Assembly: GCA_963708295.1 (NCBI GenBank)
Contig: CAVPSJ010000007.1
Coordinates: 64,001-128,000 of the forward strand
Origin: an uncultured delta proteobacterium
GTDB lineage: Bacteria; Desulfobacterota; BSN033; UBA1163
DNA length: 64,000 nucleotides
Direction of reading: 5' to 3'
Position 1 is the first letter of the stretch. Every line of letters begins with the position of its first letter. The position numbers and the translations under genes are program-made. Positions 9,680 through 19,761 of this stretch are shown here, one piece after another. A model generated the notes under the pieces. It did no database searches and was not told the DNA's origin. It saw only the letters and a program-made list of their open reading frames with translations.

Positions 9680-11255
9680 ATGAAAAAATTCACTGTTCTA
9701 TGTTTAGCTGGGCTTCTGGTCTTGGCCTTTGGCGCAGCAGCATCAGCCCAGGAAGTGAAATTGGATTTCAGGGCATCCGGGAGTATTGACGCTCAAACGC
9801 ACTTGAGTCAGAACGTCCCTCCGTTAAATGCCAATGCAACGCCTATCTACAACTCCCTTCCTGCTGACTACAATTTTTCAGCGGCAGGCAACCACGGGGC
9901 GGTGCTAATAAACCGAACGGTCTCTTACTGGGATTCCCGTATGAGCCTCAGATTCGAAGCGAACATGGGAAAGGAGTTATCCGGAGTTCTCCAGTTCGAG
10001 ATAGACTCAACCCGGTGGGGCAATTCCTCGGGAGGTGTTCGCCCGGGGAGTGAGGCACATGCAGTGGGTGCCTGGTCCACGGACAAAGTAGGGATTGAAG
10101 TCAAGTATATGTACTTTGACGTCGGGCTCCCTTATATCGGAATTCCCGGTGCCCATGAATGTTAGGCTGGGCGCCCAGCCCATGGCAATCCGGCCGTGGT
10201 TTTTTGCCGCAACGGACGGAATGGGGGTATCCGGCAGCCTGAAGATCGATCCGGTTAACATCAACCCGTTCTACTTCAAGCCCGCTGAAGGGATTGACTG
10301 GACAAACGACGATGTGGATATCTACGGCCTCCAGGTAAATGCAAAAATCTCGAACGTTCACCCTTGGCGGTTACGGCGCCTATTACAACATGAACCAGTA
10401 CCCGTTGGCGAGACAGGCCTTCGCCGCAGCGGCGCCTCGCTATATGTTGCCACCAACACCGCGCGAAGCCAATCTCTATTGGTTCGGGCTTTATGCAGAT
10501 GGCAAGGCAGGCCCTGTCGACATCAACTTTGATTTCGGTTACGACGTTGGTAAAGTCAGGGCTAGGCAAGATAATCCGGCCGACCATGTCCATTATTCGG
10601 GCTGGGCAACACGGGTCAAAGTTGATTACCCGTGGGAAAGATTCAACTTCGGAGTAACTGGAATGTATGCCAGCGGTTCCGACGCCGATAAGACCAGCAC
10701 AACCGGCCTTCCCGGAACCACCGTAGCAGACGGCTTATCCACCAATCCAACCACAAGAGTCAACGGCTGGATGGTCCCGGTCGGTTCGGAAGCCGGAGCA
10801 GCGAATGGTGAGTCAGCGGTCTATCTACGGTATGGAAGCCGGCGCTTCCGGAGGCCAGGGGTTTGCGGTAAACCACAATATCGCCCAGGCCTCGAAGGGC
10901 CCATTTGGCGGATACGTGGTTTGCCAAGCTTTACGGCAGCTACAAGGTTACCCCCTGGTACAAGGTCACGCTCCAGGGACTCTACATCGGCGATACCGCG
11001 AAGAACGGGAACACCTTTGGCACTGCCAGGAAGTATTGGTCATCCGGCGCCGTCCTTTGCGGGATGACAAGTTCATCGGTGTCGAGTTAGATCTGCTCAA
11101 CGAATTTCAGATCTACAAGAATCTCACATTCAAGGTGTTCGGCGGCTACCTCTGGGCAGGAAATGCCCTGGATCTTTTTGCTGGTGGCACCACCGGCAAC
11201 TTTGCGGATGCATAACCCCTGGGCCGTCAGAACAAGGCTCCTTTACACCTTCTAA
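9680..11255 (+). CDS. Outer-membrane beta-barrel/porin (deltaproteobacterial type), several frameshifts
   Basis: Signal peptide MKKFTVLCLAGLLVLAFGAAASA; alternating beta-strand patterns; ends ...PWAVRTRLLYTF* with terminal Phe; strong RBS. Confidence 0.75.
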
Positions 11256-11267
11256 CCGAAGGCCAGC

Positions 11268-11302
11268 AAAAAGGGCGGTCTGAAGAGACCGCCCTTTTTT
11301 TT
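11268..11302 (+). terminator. Rho-independent terminator (probably bidirectional)
   Basis: aaaaagggcggtc-tgaaga-gaccgccctttttttt. Confidence 0.9.
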
Positions 11303-11315
11303 GTTTTCGCGTTTA

Positions 11316-11417
11316 CCCCGTGGAGTGAACTCCACAAAACTTTCTCGTATATAGAATTTCCAGAATCTCCCGATTCGTAACCAACAAGCCCGGGTACTTA
11401 ACCTATACTCCACGGGG
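11316..11417. repeat. ~100-bp MITE-like element with 11-bp terminal inverted repeats
   Basis: CCCCGTGGAGT (11316-11326) ... ACTCCACGGGG (11407-11417). Confidence 0.55.
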
Positions 11418-11580
11418 CGGAGTGAACCCTCTATCCGACCTGACCTTCGAAAGACCCTCTATTATTAATGTCTCCCACTCGTCTTGACATCCCCGTCAAA
11501 ATTTGTGATATAGGACTAAACTTCAACTTCTTTTCCGATTCCTGTAGGGAGGGAAGGATGAGGGAAAGCAAGGAGCGTTT

Positions 11581-12663
11581 ATGATTCAAAATAAGAGATT
11601 GGTCCTAAGTATTTTTATTCTCTCCTGCGCCTTTTTCCTCATCCTCACTTCCTGCTCCGGGAGCAAGAAGGAAGAAAAGGTTTCTCCCGACAAGATCGTG
11701 ACCGTCGAAGGGATGGAGACGATAAAAGGCACGAATCCTCCAAAGTCGGAGCCGGCTTCTCCCAAGAAAACTCCCGCTCCGGCATCTCCGGCGCCCCCTG
11801 CAAAGAGAGAAGCCCCGCCTCAGGTGGCTTCATCCCCCCCCAGGCCTTCGTACACCCCTTCCCTTCCTCTTTTTCAAACAAGTTTGAAGAGAAAGGTCGC
11901 GATTTTGACCTTCGAGAACAATACCTCTTACAAAGAGGAAAAGATCGGAGAGGCTGTGGCTAAGAAGCTTTCCGATAAGCTTGAGGCAACCCAGCGGGTA
12001 GTGGCGCTCGATAAGAGCGTCGTCTCCGAGACATTAAACCGGGAGGGTTTCAGATTCCAAGATCTTTCGGACCTCCCGGTGATAAAGCGTGCCCATCAAT
12101 CCCTGGGAATCCAGGCGTTCGCCCTGGGGGCGGTGACCGATGTCAGCCTCCTTTCGTCGAAAGCCTCCGAGACTTCTGATGAGGAAGTTACCTTTGCCAC
12201 CGCAAAAGTGGAAATCCGTCTCATCGATGCCTCCACCGGAAACCTGCTGAGAACCTTTATCGGAAGAAGCCCTCTCTTCGGCACCAAAGAGACGGGAGAA
12301 TACAGCCGCGGGAAGTCTGTGCTCAAGGCGATTGACCTCAGTCTGGATGACATCCTGGAAGGTTTCCTCCGGGAACTCGACCTCCTGGATTGGACCACCA
12401 CCATTGTAAAAGTCGATGGCGAAAGCATCTACCTGAATGCAGGCAAACTATCCGGGATTCGCATCGGGGACACCTTGGAGGTCTTTGAGCCCGGAAAGGA
12501 GATCTTTCATCCCAACACTGACCTCTCCCTCGGATGGACCACGGGCAAACTCAAGGGTGCCGTGAAAGTGACCGACCTGTTTGGGGTGGATGCGGCCATC
12601 GGAAGGGCCGCCCAAGGCGCAGGGTTCAATTCCAAAGACGTCGTGAAATCTGCAATGAGATAA
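11581..12663 (+). CDS. Lipoprotein with a CsgG/HfaB-like domain and a FlgT-like C-terminal domain
   Basis: Lipobox LTSC, Pro-rich linker, KRKVAILTFEN, AKVEIRLIDASTG, IYLNAGKLSGIRIGDTLEVF. Confidence 0.7.
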   Translation: MIQNKRLVLSIFILSCAFFLILTSCSGSKKEEKVSPDKIVTVEGMETIKGTNPPKSEPASPKKTPAPASPAPPAKREAPPQVASSPPRPSYTPSLPLFQTSLKRKVAILTFENNTSYKEEKIGEAVAKKLSDKLEATQRVVALDKSVVSETLNREGFRFQDLSDLPVIKRAHQSLGIQAFALGAVTDVSLLSSKASETSDEEVTFATAKVEIRLIDASTGNLLRTFIGRSPLFGTKETGEYSRGKSVLKAIDLSLDDILEGFLRELDLLDWTTTIVKVDGESIYLNAGKLSGIRIGDTLEVFEPGKEIFHPNTDLSLGWTTGKLKGAVKVTDLFGVDAAIGRAAQGAGFNSKDVVKSAMR

Positions 12664-12725
12664 TTTCCGTAACAATCCGCTACTGGCATTCGTCACAAAA
12701 AAGCATGCTTTTTAACATTTTTTAC

Positions 12726-12761
12726 TTGACATTGAAAAATTCTTTGTGATATTTTACACAA
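12726..12761 (+). promoter_or_regulatory. Sigma70 promoter overlapped by a Rex-like operator
   Basis: TTGACA 12726-12731; TTGTGATATTTTACACAA at 12744-12761 (2 mismatches to TTGTGAAnnnnTTCACAA). Confidence 0.6.
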
Positions 12762-12933
12762 ATTATAAAGAACCCGCGTAATTGATTCCAGGTTTGTCGG
12801 GCTCTCCACGAAACCGACTGAAATCCTGGACACAACGCAACAACCCGTGAAAAAGTTGTAATCATCATTGCAATGCAGATAGCCCTCCCTTCCCCCCACT
12901 GTGGAGAGGGGAGGACGGAAAAGGAGGATTCTC

Positions 12934-14955
12934 ATGTCCTTTGCTATGTTTGGTCGAACGATTCGAAAGATCGGTGTTATTGGATCGGGGAATATCGGTC
13001 CGGATATTGCCCTTCATTGCAGCCAAACCCTCTCCGCTTACGGTATACCCGTTGTCGTCGTGGATATCCTTCAGGCGGCCCTCGATTCGGGTTCAAAGAA
13101 AGCCGAATCGAAACTGAATAAGGCGGTCGAGAAAAAAATCTACAAGAAGGAAGAGGCAGATGCTATTTTCCGCAATTTGCAATTCACCACGGATTACGGA
13201 AAGCTGACCGATGCCGATCTGGTGATCGAAGCCGCTTTTGAGAGGCTCGACGTGAAGCACAAGATCTTCGCCCAGCTTGAGGAGACGTGCCCGAAAACCG
13301 CGATTCTGGCTTCGAACTCCTCTCACATCCCCCCCGAGGAGATTTTTCCGAAGGTGAAGGACAAGAGCCGATGCCTGGTGCTTCATTATTTTTTCCCTGC
13401 AGAAAGAAACATCCTGCTTGAAATCGTTCCCATGAAGGAGACAGACCCCGCTTTGGTTGAATACTCGAAGAAGTTCTATGAGTTCATCGGGAAGGCTCCC
13501 ATCCGGGTGGGAAGTCGTTTCGGCTTTGCGGTGAACCCCTTCTTCGAGGGAATGTTTCTTGCCACGATCCTGGCGGTTGAAAAGGGATTGGCCACGGTGA
13601 AGCAGGCAGATACGATCGTTCAGAAAACCCTCGGAATGGGCGTAGGGCCTTGCACTGGCCATAACCTTACCGGTGGAAACCCTCTCACTCAACATGGTTT
13701 GCAACAGTATACCTCCGTCATCGGTCCTTGGTTCCGTTCGCCGAAGATTCTGGACGAACGCGTGAAGTCCGGGGTCCCGTGGGAAACAGCCGCGAAAGGG
13801 GAAACGGTTGAATACAGCAAAGAAGTCTTCGAGGCCATTTCAAACAGGGCCATGGGGGCATATTTTGGAATCGCCTGTGAAATCGTTGAAAGCGGCGTGA
13901 CGAATATCGGCGATCTGGATATGGCCATTGAGGTCGGGCTGGTGATGACACCTCCATTCAGAATGATGAACCAGGTTGGAATAAAGAGATCGCTTGAGCT
14001 GGTGGAAGCCTATGCCAAAGAAAACCCCGGGTTCAAAGTGGCCGAGATGTTGAGAAAACAAGCAGCTACCGGAAAGCCATGGAAGATTCCTATGGTCTTC
14101 AGGGAAGATAAGGGGGATGTGGCCATCGTCAAGATCCGACGGCCCAATGCCCTGAATGCACTGAACAAGGACGTCTTTGACCAACTGGAGGAGATCTTCA
14201 CCGGCATAAAGAAGGACGCAAAAATCAAAGGGGCTGTTTTGACAGGATTCGGAACAAGAGCGTTTGTTTCGGGCGCAGACATCGGAATGCTGGCCGCTCT
14301 TAAGACTCCGGCGGAAGCCGAAGCCGGCTGCCAAAGAGATAAGGCGGCATTGGCTCTGATTGAGAATCTGGGGAAGCCTGTGGTCTGCGCGATGAATGGG
14401 TTGGCCTTTGGCGGTGGAAACGAACTGGCCATGTCCTGTACGGCCCGAATCGCCAAGAAAGGACAGAAGGTTTTCGTGGGTCAGCCTGAGCCGAGGCTCG
14501 GCATCATTCCCGGAGCCGGCGGGACCCAGAGACTTCCAAGGCTGGTGGGAATAGAAAACGCCTGGCCCATTCTCAGGACCGGCAATCCCATCTCTTCAGC
14601 GCAAGCGAAACAGATTGGTCTGATTCAGGAAGAGGTCGAAGGAGATATCGTCGAGGCAGCCATCGATTGGGTCAAGAAGATCCAGTCGGGAAACGTCAAA
14701 ATTCCAGCGATCAAGAAGGATCCTATTTCCATCCCTTCGAAACTCCCCGACGTGGATATCGGACATTTCAGTCGAAAAATCGACTCTCTCCTCCAGAAAG
14801 CCGTCTTGGAGGGCGCGAAAATGAATCTGGCGGACGGCTTGAATTTTGAATCCAAAGTCTTTGGGGAATGCCTCCTGACAGAAGATATGCGAATTGGAAT
14901 GGACAACTTTTTGAAGAACGGGCCAAGGGTCAATGCTCCCTTTGTCCACAAATAA
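12934..14955 (+). CDS. 3-hydroxyacyl-CoA dehydrogenase / enoyl-CoA hydratase fusion (dehydrogenase first)
   Basis: GVIGSGNIG, IEAAFE, SNSS, HYFFP; C-terminal crotonase RPNALNAL, FVSGADI, AFGGGNEL, QPEPRLGIIPGAGGTQRLPR. Confidence 0.9.
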   Translation: MSFAMFGRTIRKIGVIGSGNIGPDIALHCSQTLSAYGIPVVVVDILQAALDSGSKKAESKLNKAVEKKIYKKEEADAIFRNLQFTTDYGKLTDADLVIEAAFERLDVKHKIFAQLEETCPKTAILASNSSHIPPEEIFPKVKDKSRCLVLHYFFPAERNILLEIVPMKETDPALVEYSKKFYEFIGKAPIRVGSRFGFAVNPFFEGMFLATILAVEKGLATVKQADTIVQKTLGMGVGPCTGHNLTGGNPLTQHGLQQYTSVIGPWFRSPKILDERVKSGVPWETAAKGETVEYSKEVFEAISNRAMGAYFGIACEIVESGVTNIGDLDMAIEVGLVMTPPFRMMNQVGIKRSLELVEAYAKENPGFKVAEMLRKQAATGKPWKIPMVFREDKGDVAIVKIRRPNALNALNKDVFDQLEEIFTGIKKDAKIKGAVLTGFGTRAFVSGADIGMLAALKTPAEAEAGCQRDKAALALIENLGKPVVCAMNGLAFGGGNELAMSCTARIAKKGQKVFVGQPEPRLGIIPGAGGTQRLPRLVGIENAWPILRTGNPISSAQAKQIGLIQEEVEGDIVEAAIDWVKKIQSGNVKIPAIKKDPISIPSKLPDVDIGHFSRKIDSLLQKAVLEGAKMNLADGLNFESKVFGECLLTEDMRIGMDNFLKNGPRVNAPFVHK

Positions 14956-15051
14956 CGGAAAAATATTCTGATTCTTCCCTTTGCCTTTCCATCCTCTCCC
15001 TTTGGGAGAGGATGGAAAGGGCGATGGGAATACGAAAGCGGGGAACAAACG

Positions 15052-16510
15052 ATGAGCATAAGAGAAAAGCTATCCGAAATCGTGGGGAGTGGAAATTTTT
15101 CAGACGACCCGAACGTTCTTGGCAAGTATGCCTCCGACTTCAGTCTGACGCCGGCGGGGGCGCCGAGCTATATGGTCAAGCCAAAAGATTCCCAGGAGGT
15201 CGCAAAAGTGATCCAGCTGGCCAATGAAAGCGCCCTCCCCGTGGTGCCGGTCAGCTCCGACGTGCATTTCAACGGGGCAGCCATTCCAAAGCAAGGGGGG
15301 ATCGTCCTCGACCTCACCCGGATGAAAAAGGTTCTGGAGATCGACGTAGACAATCGCAGGGTGAGAATCGAAGCGGGGGTCAAGTGGCAGCAGCTTACCG
15401 ATGAACTTGCGAAGAAGGGAATGAGAATGATCATGCCCCTGCTCCCTCCCGCAGGCCGTTCCGTCCTGACGGATTACCTCGAACGCGAGGTTCCGACGAA
15501 TGTGGTCTACGACTACGGGGAACCTATGCAGTCCCTGGAAGTCGTCTGGCCCACCGGTGAGATCTTCCGGATGGGGTCTGCGAGCGTAAACGGTTATCCC
15601 GATTCCGCTTCCAAAGGCGCCAATCCCTCGGGCCCCGGCATCGACTTCTACCGGTTTGTTCAGGGTGCCCAGGGAACCATGGGCGTTGTCACCTGGCTGA
15701 ACCTGAAGATCGAATCGATCCCGAAAATCGACAAGGTCTTCCTGGCGCCTGTCGACGACCTGGCTTATGCCCAGGACTTTCTCTACCGGGTCCTGCCGCG
15801 GAGAATCGGCCAGGAATGTCTTCTTTTGAACAACATGGATCTCGCTGCCATCGTTGCGGAGAAGTGGCCCGGCGATTTCGAAAACCTGCGCGCCAATCTC
15901 CCGCCCTGGACGCTTGTTCTGGTGGTAAGCGGGCTGTTGCGCCGTCCGGAGGAGAAGATCGCGTACGAGGAGAATTTCCTGAACCAGGTCATCCGGAATG
16001 AGTTTCGGAAGATGGAACTGCAGGATAACCTTCCCGGGGTGCCCGGCATCGGCCGAAAGCTCCTGGACATGCTCCGGAAGCCGTGGCCTGCGGAGAAAAC
16101 CTACTGGAAGAATATCTGGAAGGGCGGCTCCCAGAGCCTCTTCTTCATCGCCAGGCCGAATGCAACCCCGCTCTTTGTGGACACCGTCAAAAAGATCGCC
16201 CCCCTGTACGGGTATCCCGTAAACGACATCGGAATGTACATCCAGCCCATCGAACATAACCGGGCCTGCCAGGTGGAATTCACCTTCTTCTACGATCCGG
16301 CGAGCAGCCGCAGAAAAAACGAAGATGGGTGACCTGTACCGAAGCGTCGCCACCTCTCTGATGAATCAGGGTGCCTTTTTCAGCAGACCCTACGGCGAAC
16401 TGGCGACCATGATGTACGAACGCGCTTCCGGGTACACCATGGCCCTGAAGCGGCTGAAGAAGGTCTTTGATCCCAAGAATATTATGAACCCCGGGAATTT
16501 GTGCTTCTAA
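15052..16510 (+). CDS. FAD-binding oxidoreductase (VAO/GlcD-like), frameshifted near 16315
   Basis: P..MVKP..SQEV, GIVLDLTRMKKVLEID, GAQGTMGVVT; C-terminal KKVFDPKNIMNPG in ORF 16325..16510. Confidence 0.85.
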
Positions 16511-16520
16511 GGAGGATAAG

Positions 16521-17810
16521 ATGCCCAAAAAGCAATTTAGCTTAGACGTAAGGCAGTTGGACAATTTCGTTTATGACATGAGCCGGTGCATCAAGTGTAA
16601 GGGATGCTACTGGGTAGAGCACACTTACATGCCGGGAGTTAACTTCAGCACGAGGTGCCCAAGCAACACCTGGAATGACTTCGATTCCTACGGCGCTTTC
16701 GGTAAGATGCGGATCGGCATGGCCGTAGCCGAAGGAAGGCTTCCATGGACTCCGAAGCTCTTGGAAATCATCTATGCGGATCCCCTTTGCGGCGCCTGTG
16801 ACGTAGGCTGCAAGAGGAACCTCGACCTCGAAATCGAGCTCTCCCTCGAGGCCTTGAGAGTCAAGGCCGTCAAGGACGGCGCGGGCCCCATGCCCGCCCA
16901 CAAGAAAGTGGCGGAAAATATCGCAAAGACCCACAATCAGTTTGGCTCGCCCCATCAGAACAGGAAGAAATGGGTCACCGGCGATATCCAGGTGGCCTCC
17001 AAAGCAGACGTTCTTTATTTCGTCGGATGCTCGGCCTCCTACCTGAATCCCGAGATCGCCCAGGCCACAGCGAAGATTCTCAATGCTTCGGGGACACCCT
17101 TCATGTTGATGCCGGATGAGTGGTGCTGCGGAAATACGCTCTACTCCGTGGGCATGGTTGACGAAGCACAAGCCCTGGCGCGGCGCAACATCGATGCGGT
17201 AAAGGCCACAGGGGCAAAGACGGTGATCCTGAGCTGCGCGGAGGGTTACCGGATGTGGAAAGCGGATTACCCGAAGATGCTCAACGTGGCCACGAAGGAC
17301 CTGGGGTTCCAGGTGATGCATGTCGTCGAGTTTGCGGATGCGATGGTCAAGAAGGGAGCCCTCAAGCCGACCAAGCCGGTGAACGCGCGGACGGCCTATC
17401 ACGATTCATGCAGCATCAGCAGGCTCGCTGATTCCTGGACTCCCTGGAGCGGGGAGCGGGGATGGATGGGCACGGTCAGCCCGGCACTCAAGAGACGGCG
17501 AGGGACGGAGGGACTGTACGCCCAGCCGAGAAACCTCCTGAAGGCCATTCCCGGGATCAACTTTGTGGAGATGCCGCGGACACGGGAGAACGCCTTCTGC
17601 TGCGGCGCCGGCCGCGGAACAAAGGAGGCATTCCCACAACTGGCCTCCTTCTCGGCGAAACATCGCCTGGATGAAGTAAAATCCGTCGGCGCCGAGCTGC
17701 TCGTCTCCGCCTGCCCCTGGTGCAAGAACAATTTCTCTCTGGCTGCCAAGGAAACGGGAAACCCTGTAAAAGTGATGGATATCTCCGAACTCATATTAGC
17801 GTCGATTTAA
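16521..17810 (+). CDS. Fe-S protein with two CCG domains (HdrD/GlpC/GlcF-like)
   Basis: CIKCKGC, CGACDVGC, YFVGC, EWCCG, YHDSC, FCCGAG, ACPWC. Confidence 0.9.
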   Translation: MPKKQFSLDVRQLDNFVYDMSRCIKCKGCYWVEHTYMPGVNFSTRCPSNTWNDFDSYGAFGKMRIGMAVAEGRLPWTPKLLEIIYADPLCGACDVGCKRNLDLEIELSLEALRVKAVKDGAGPMPAHKKVAENIAKTHNQFGSPHQNRKKWVTGDIQVASKADVLYFVGCSASYLNPEIAQATAKILNASGTPFMLMPDEWCCGNTLYSVGMVDEAQALARRNIDAVKATGAKTVILSCAEGYRMWKADYPKMLNVATKDLGFQVMHVVEFADAMVKKGALKPTKPVNARTAYHDSCSISRLADSWTPWSGERGWMGTVSPALKRRRGTEGLYAQPRNLLKAIPGINFVEMPRTRENAFCCGAGRGTKEAFPQLASFSAKHRLDEVKSVGAELLVSACPWCKNNFSLAAKETGNPVKVMDISELILASI

Positions 17811-17892
17811 ACTCAGATAACCCCTCCTAACCTCCCCTTAATTTAAGGGGAGGCAGGGTGGGGTTAAAATGAGGGATTCATAGGAGGAAAGC

Positions 17893-19497
17893 ATGGCTAT
17901 CGTCAAAGAAGCGTACAAAGCATTGGAAGCGATCGTAGGCTCCAAAATATATTTCGGACGATCCCGCGGTCTGCGAAGGCTATCGGTCCGGGCCCGGGGG
18001 ATACGAATCCGGCCTTGGGTACGAGAGGGTCATGACGAAAATCCCTCTGTCGTAATCCTGCCCCGGAGCACTGAAGAAGTCCAGAGGATCGTCAAGGTGT
18101 GTAACCGCTACAAGATCCCCTACGTTCCATACAGCACGGGGTTTTACGGCCCCCGATCTCATTGCCATGTGGACAACGAACTGTTGGTTGACCTGAAACG
18201 CCTGAATGACTTCGAAATCGATGAGAAACATTTCTATGCCGTGGTCGGGTCGGGTGTCGTCTACTCCCCGCTCCAGGAAGAAGCCATGAAGCGCGGCGCC
18301 TATGTGGTCATCGGTGGAGGAGGCGCTCAGGCCTCCGTCATTGCCAATCTCATCGGCGACGGCTGGTCGCCGTTGAGCCACCGGATCGGCCTTCCCCACC
18401 GCCGGATTCTCGGCACCGAAGTTGTGCTGCCCGACGGCGAGTTGTTGAAATTGGGAACACTGGCCGTGGGTGAAGATCCCTTCTGGGGCGACGGCATCGG
18501 TCCGGACCTGCGAGGACTGCTCCGAGGGTATACGGGATTAAGAGGATGTCTCGGAATCGTGACGAAGATGGCTGTGAAGCTTCTCCCCTTCCAGCCGGAG
18601 CGCTTAGTCCCCACAGGGATTTCTCCAAACACGGCCCTGGCCCTTCCGGAAAAACGCGTGAAGTGGGTCAACTACCAGATGCCCAGCAAGGAAGCTCAAG
18701 TCAAGGCCATGTTTGAAATCGGAAAGGCCGAAGTGGGCGGTGCGGTCACGAAGGTCCCCCTCTTCTGGCGCGCCATTGCCAAGGCAGAAAGTAAGGAACA
18801 TTTCTGGGACCTCTGGGGAAAAGAAAACGCAGAGACGATTAAGAACTTCCATATCGTCCGCGTTTTGTTTATCGGATTTACCTCGGAAGAGCAGATGCAG
18901 TACGATGAAAACGTGATCGGTGACATCATGAAGGAACTCGGCGCCGTGACCAGGCCGACCAAACCTTCTGACGAATCCTGGATCAAAAACGCCGACTCGG
19001 CCGGCATGTGGCTGATGTGCGGCTCCTACGTCTCGGTCGACTATGTCATTGAGACGCTCTCGCAGGCGGTCGTCCACGGGGATAGCTACGCCGACCTGAA
19101 GTGGAAATACACGCCGCCTTTAATGCCGGACTACGGCGACCCGGGCTGGTTCCAGAGCTTTGAACTGGGCCATCAGGGTTATTCCGAATTTCTGATCTAC
19201 TGGGATCAGGACGAGGATACCACCGGAGTGGACCACTTCTATCTGGAAACCTCCAAGATGAACATCAAGAACCGTTACTATACCTCGCTCCTGGGGCCTC
19301 ACCAGCCGCTCTATCTGACGGGGCCGAAGTATGGGCCGAATTACCATGAATGGCTCCTAAAGATTAAGGATGAGTTCGATCCTCTCTGGGTATCTCATCC
19401 GCCGGTGCCGCTGGCCCATGACGCCTTTGTCGAAAAGGCAGAATGGATGAAGCCGATAAAAGATTGGGAAAGCCCAAAAATTCCTTCCAAATATTAA
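17893..19497 (+). CDS. FAD-binding oxidoreductase (VAO/GlcD-like); probable compensating indels near the N-terminus
   Basis: PSVVILPRSTEEVQRIVKVCN, VDLKRLN, EVVLPDGE, GCLGIVTK, IKDEFDP. Confidence 0.85.
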   Translation: MAIVKEAYKALEAIVGSKIYFGRSRGLRRLSVRARGIRIRPWVREGHDENPSVVILPRSTEEVQRIVKVCNRYKIPYVPYSTGFYGPRSHCHVDNELLVDLKRLNDFEIDEKHFYAVVGSGVVYSPLQEEAMKRGAYVVIGGGGAQASVIANLIGDGWSPLSHRIGLPHRRILGTEVVLPDGELLKLGTLAVGEDPFWGDGIGPDLRGLLRGYTGLRGCLGIVTKMAVKLLPFQPERLVPTGISPNTALALPEKRVKWVNYQMPSKEAQVKAMFEIGKAEVGGAVTKVPLFWRAIAKAESKEHFWDLWGKENAETIKNFHIVRVLFIGFTSEEQMQYDENVIGDIMKELGAVTRPTKPSDESWIKNADSAGMWLMCGSYVSVDYVIETLSQAVVHGDSYADLKWKYTPPLMPDYGDPGWFQSFELGHQGYSEFLIYWDQDEDTTGVDHFYLETSKMNIKNRYYTSLLGPHQPLYLTGPKYGPNYHEWLLKIKDEFDPLWVSHPPVPLAHDAFVEKAEWMKPIKDWESPKIPSKY

Positions 19498-19597
19498 TGA
19501 TCCCACGCCTTACGACCCTCACTCCCTTTCAGGAGTGAGGGTATCACTTTCTCGAATTGTGCACAAAGTGGCAAGAAGGTTGTGCTTGATCAAACCT

Positions 19598-19761
19598 AAA
19601 TCCGAAGCACGAAATCCGAATTTCGAGACAATTTCAAATGTTCAAAATCCGAAACGCCAAGGTCTTTTTGTAAGGTTTGGACTATTTGGACATTTGGATT
19701 TTGGATTTGTTTCGGATTGGTCCGAGACGGACGCTTCACCCGATATTCGGATTTTGAATTT
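19598..19761. repeat. Heptamer-periodic inverted repeat element (AAATCCG / CGGATTT type) between convergent genes
   Basis: aaatccgaagcacgaaatccgaatttcgagacaatttcaaatg ... catttggattttggatttgtttcggatt ... gatattcggattttgaattt. Confidence 0.75.

Noticed and set aside
15100-17402. Long antisense ORFs (417 aa and 286 aa) opposite the FAD and CCG genes
   Set aside because: Shadow frames of GC3-rich coding sequence, with no motifs and no RBS.
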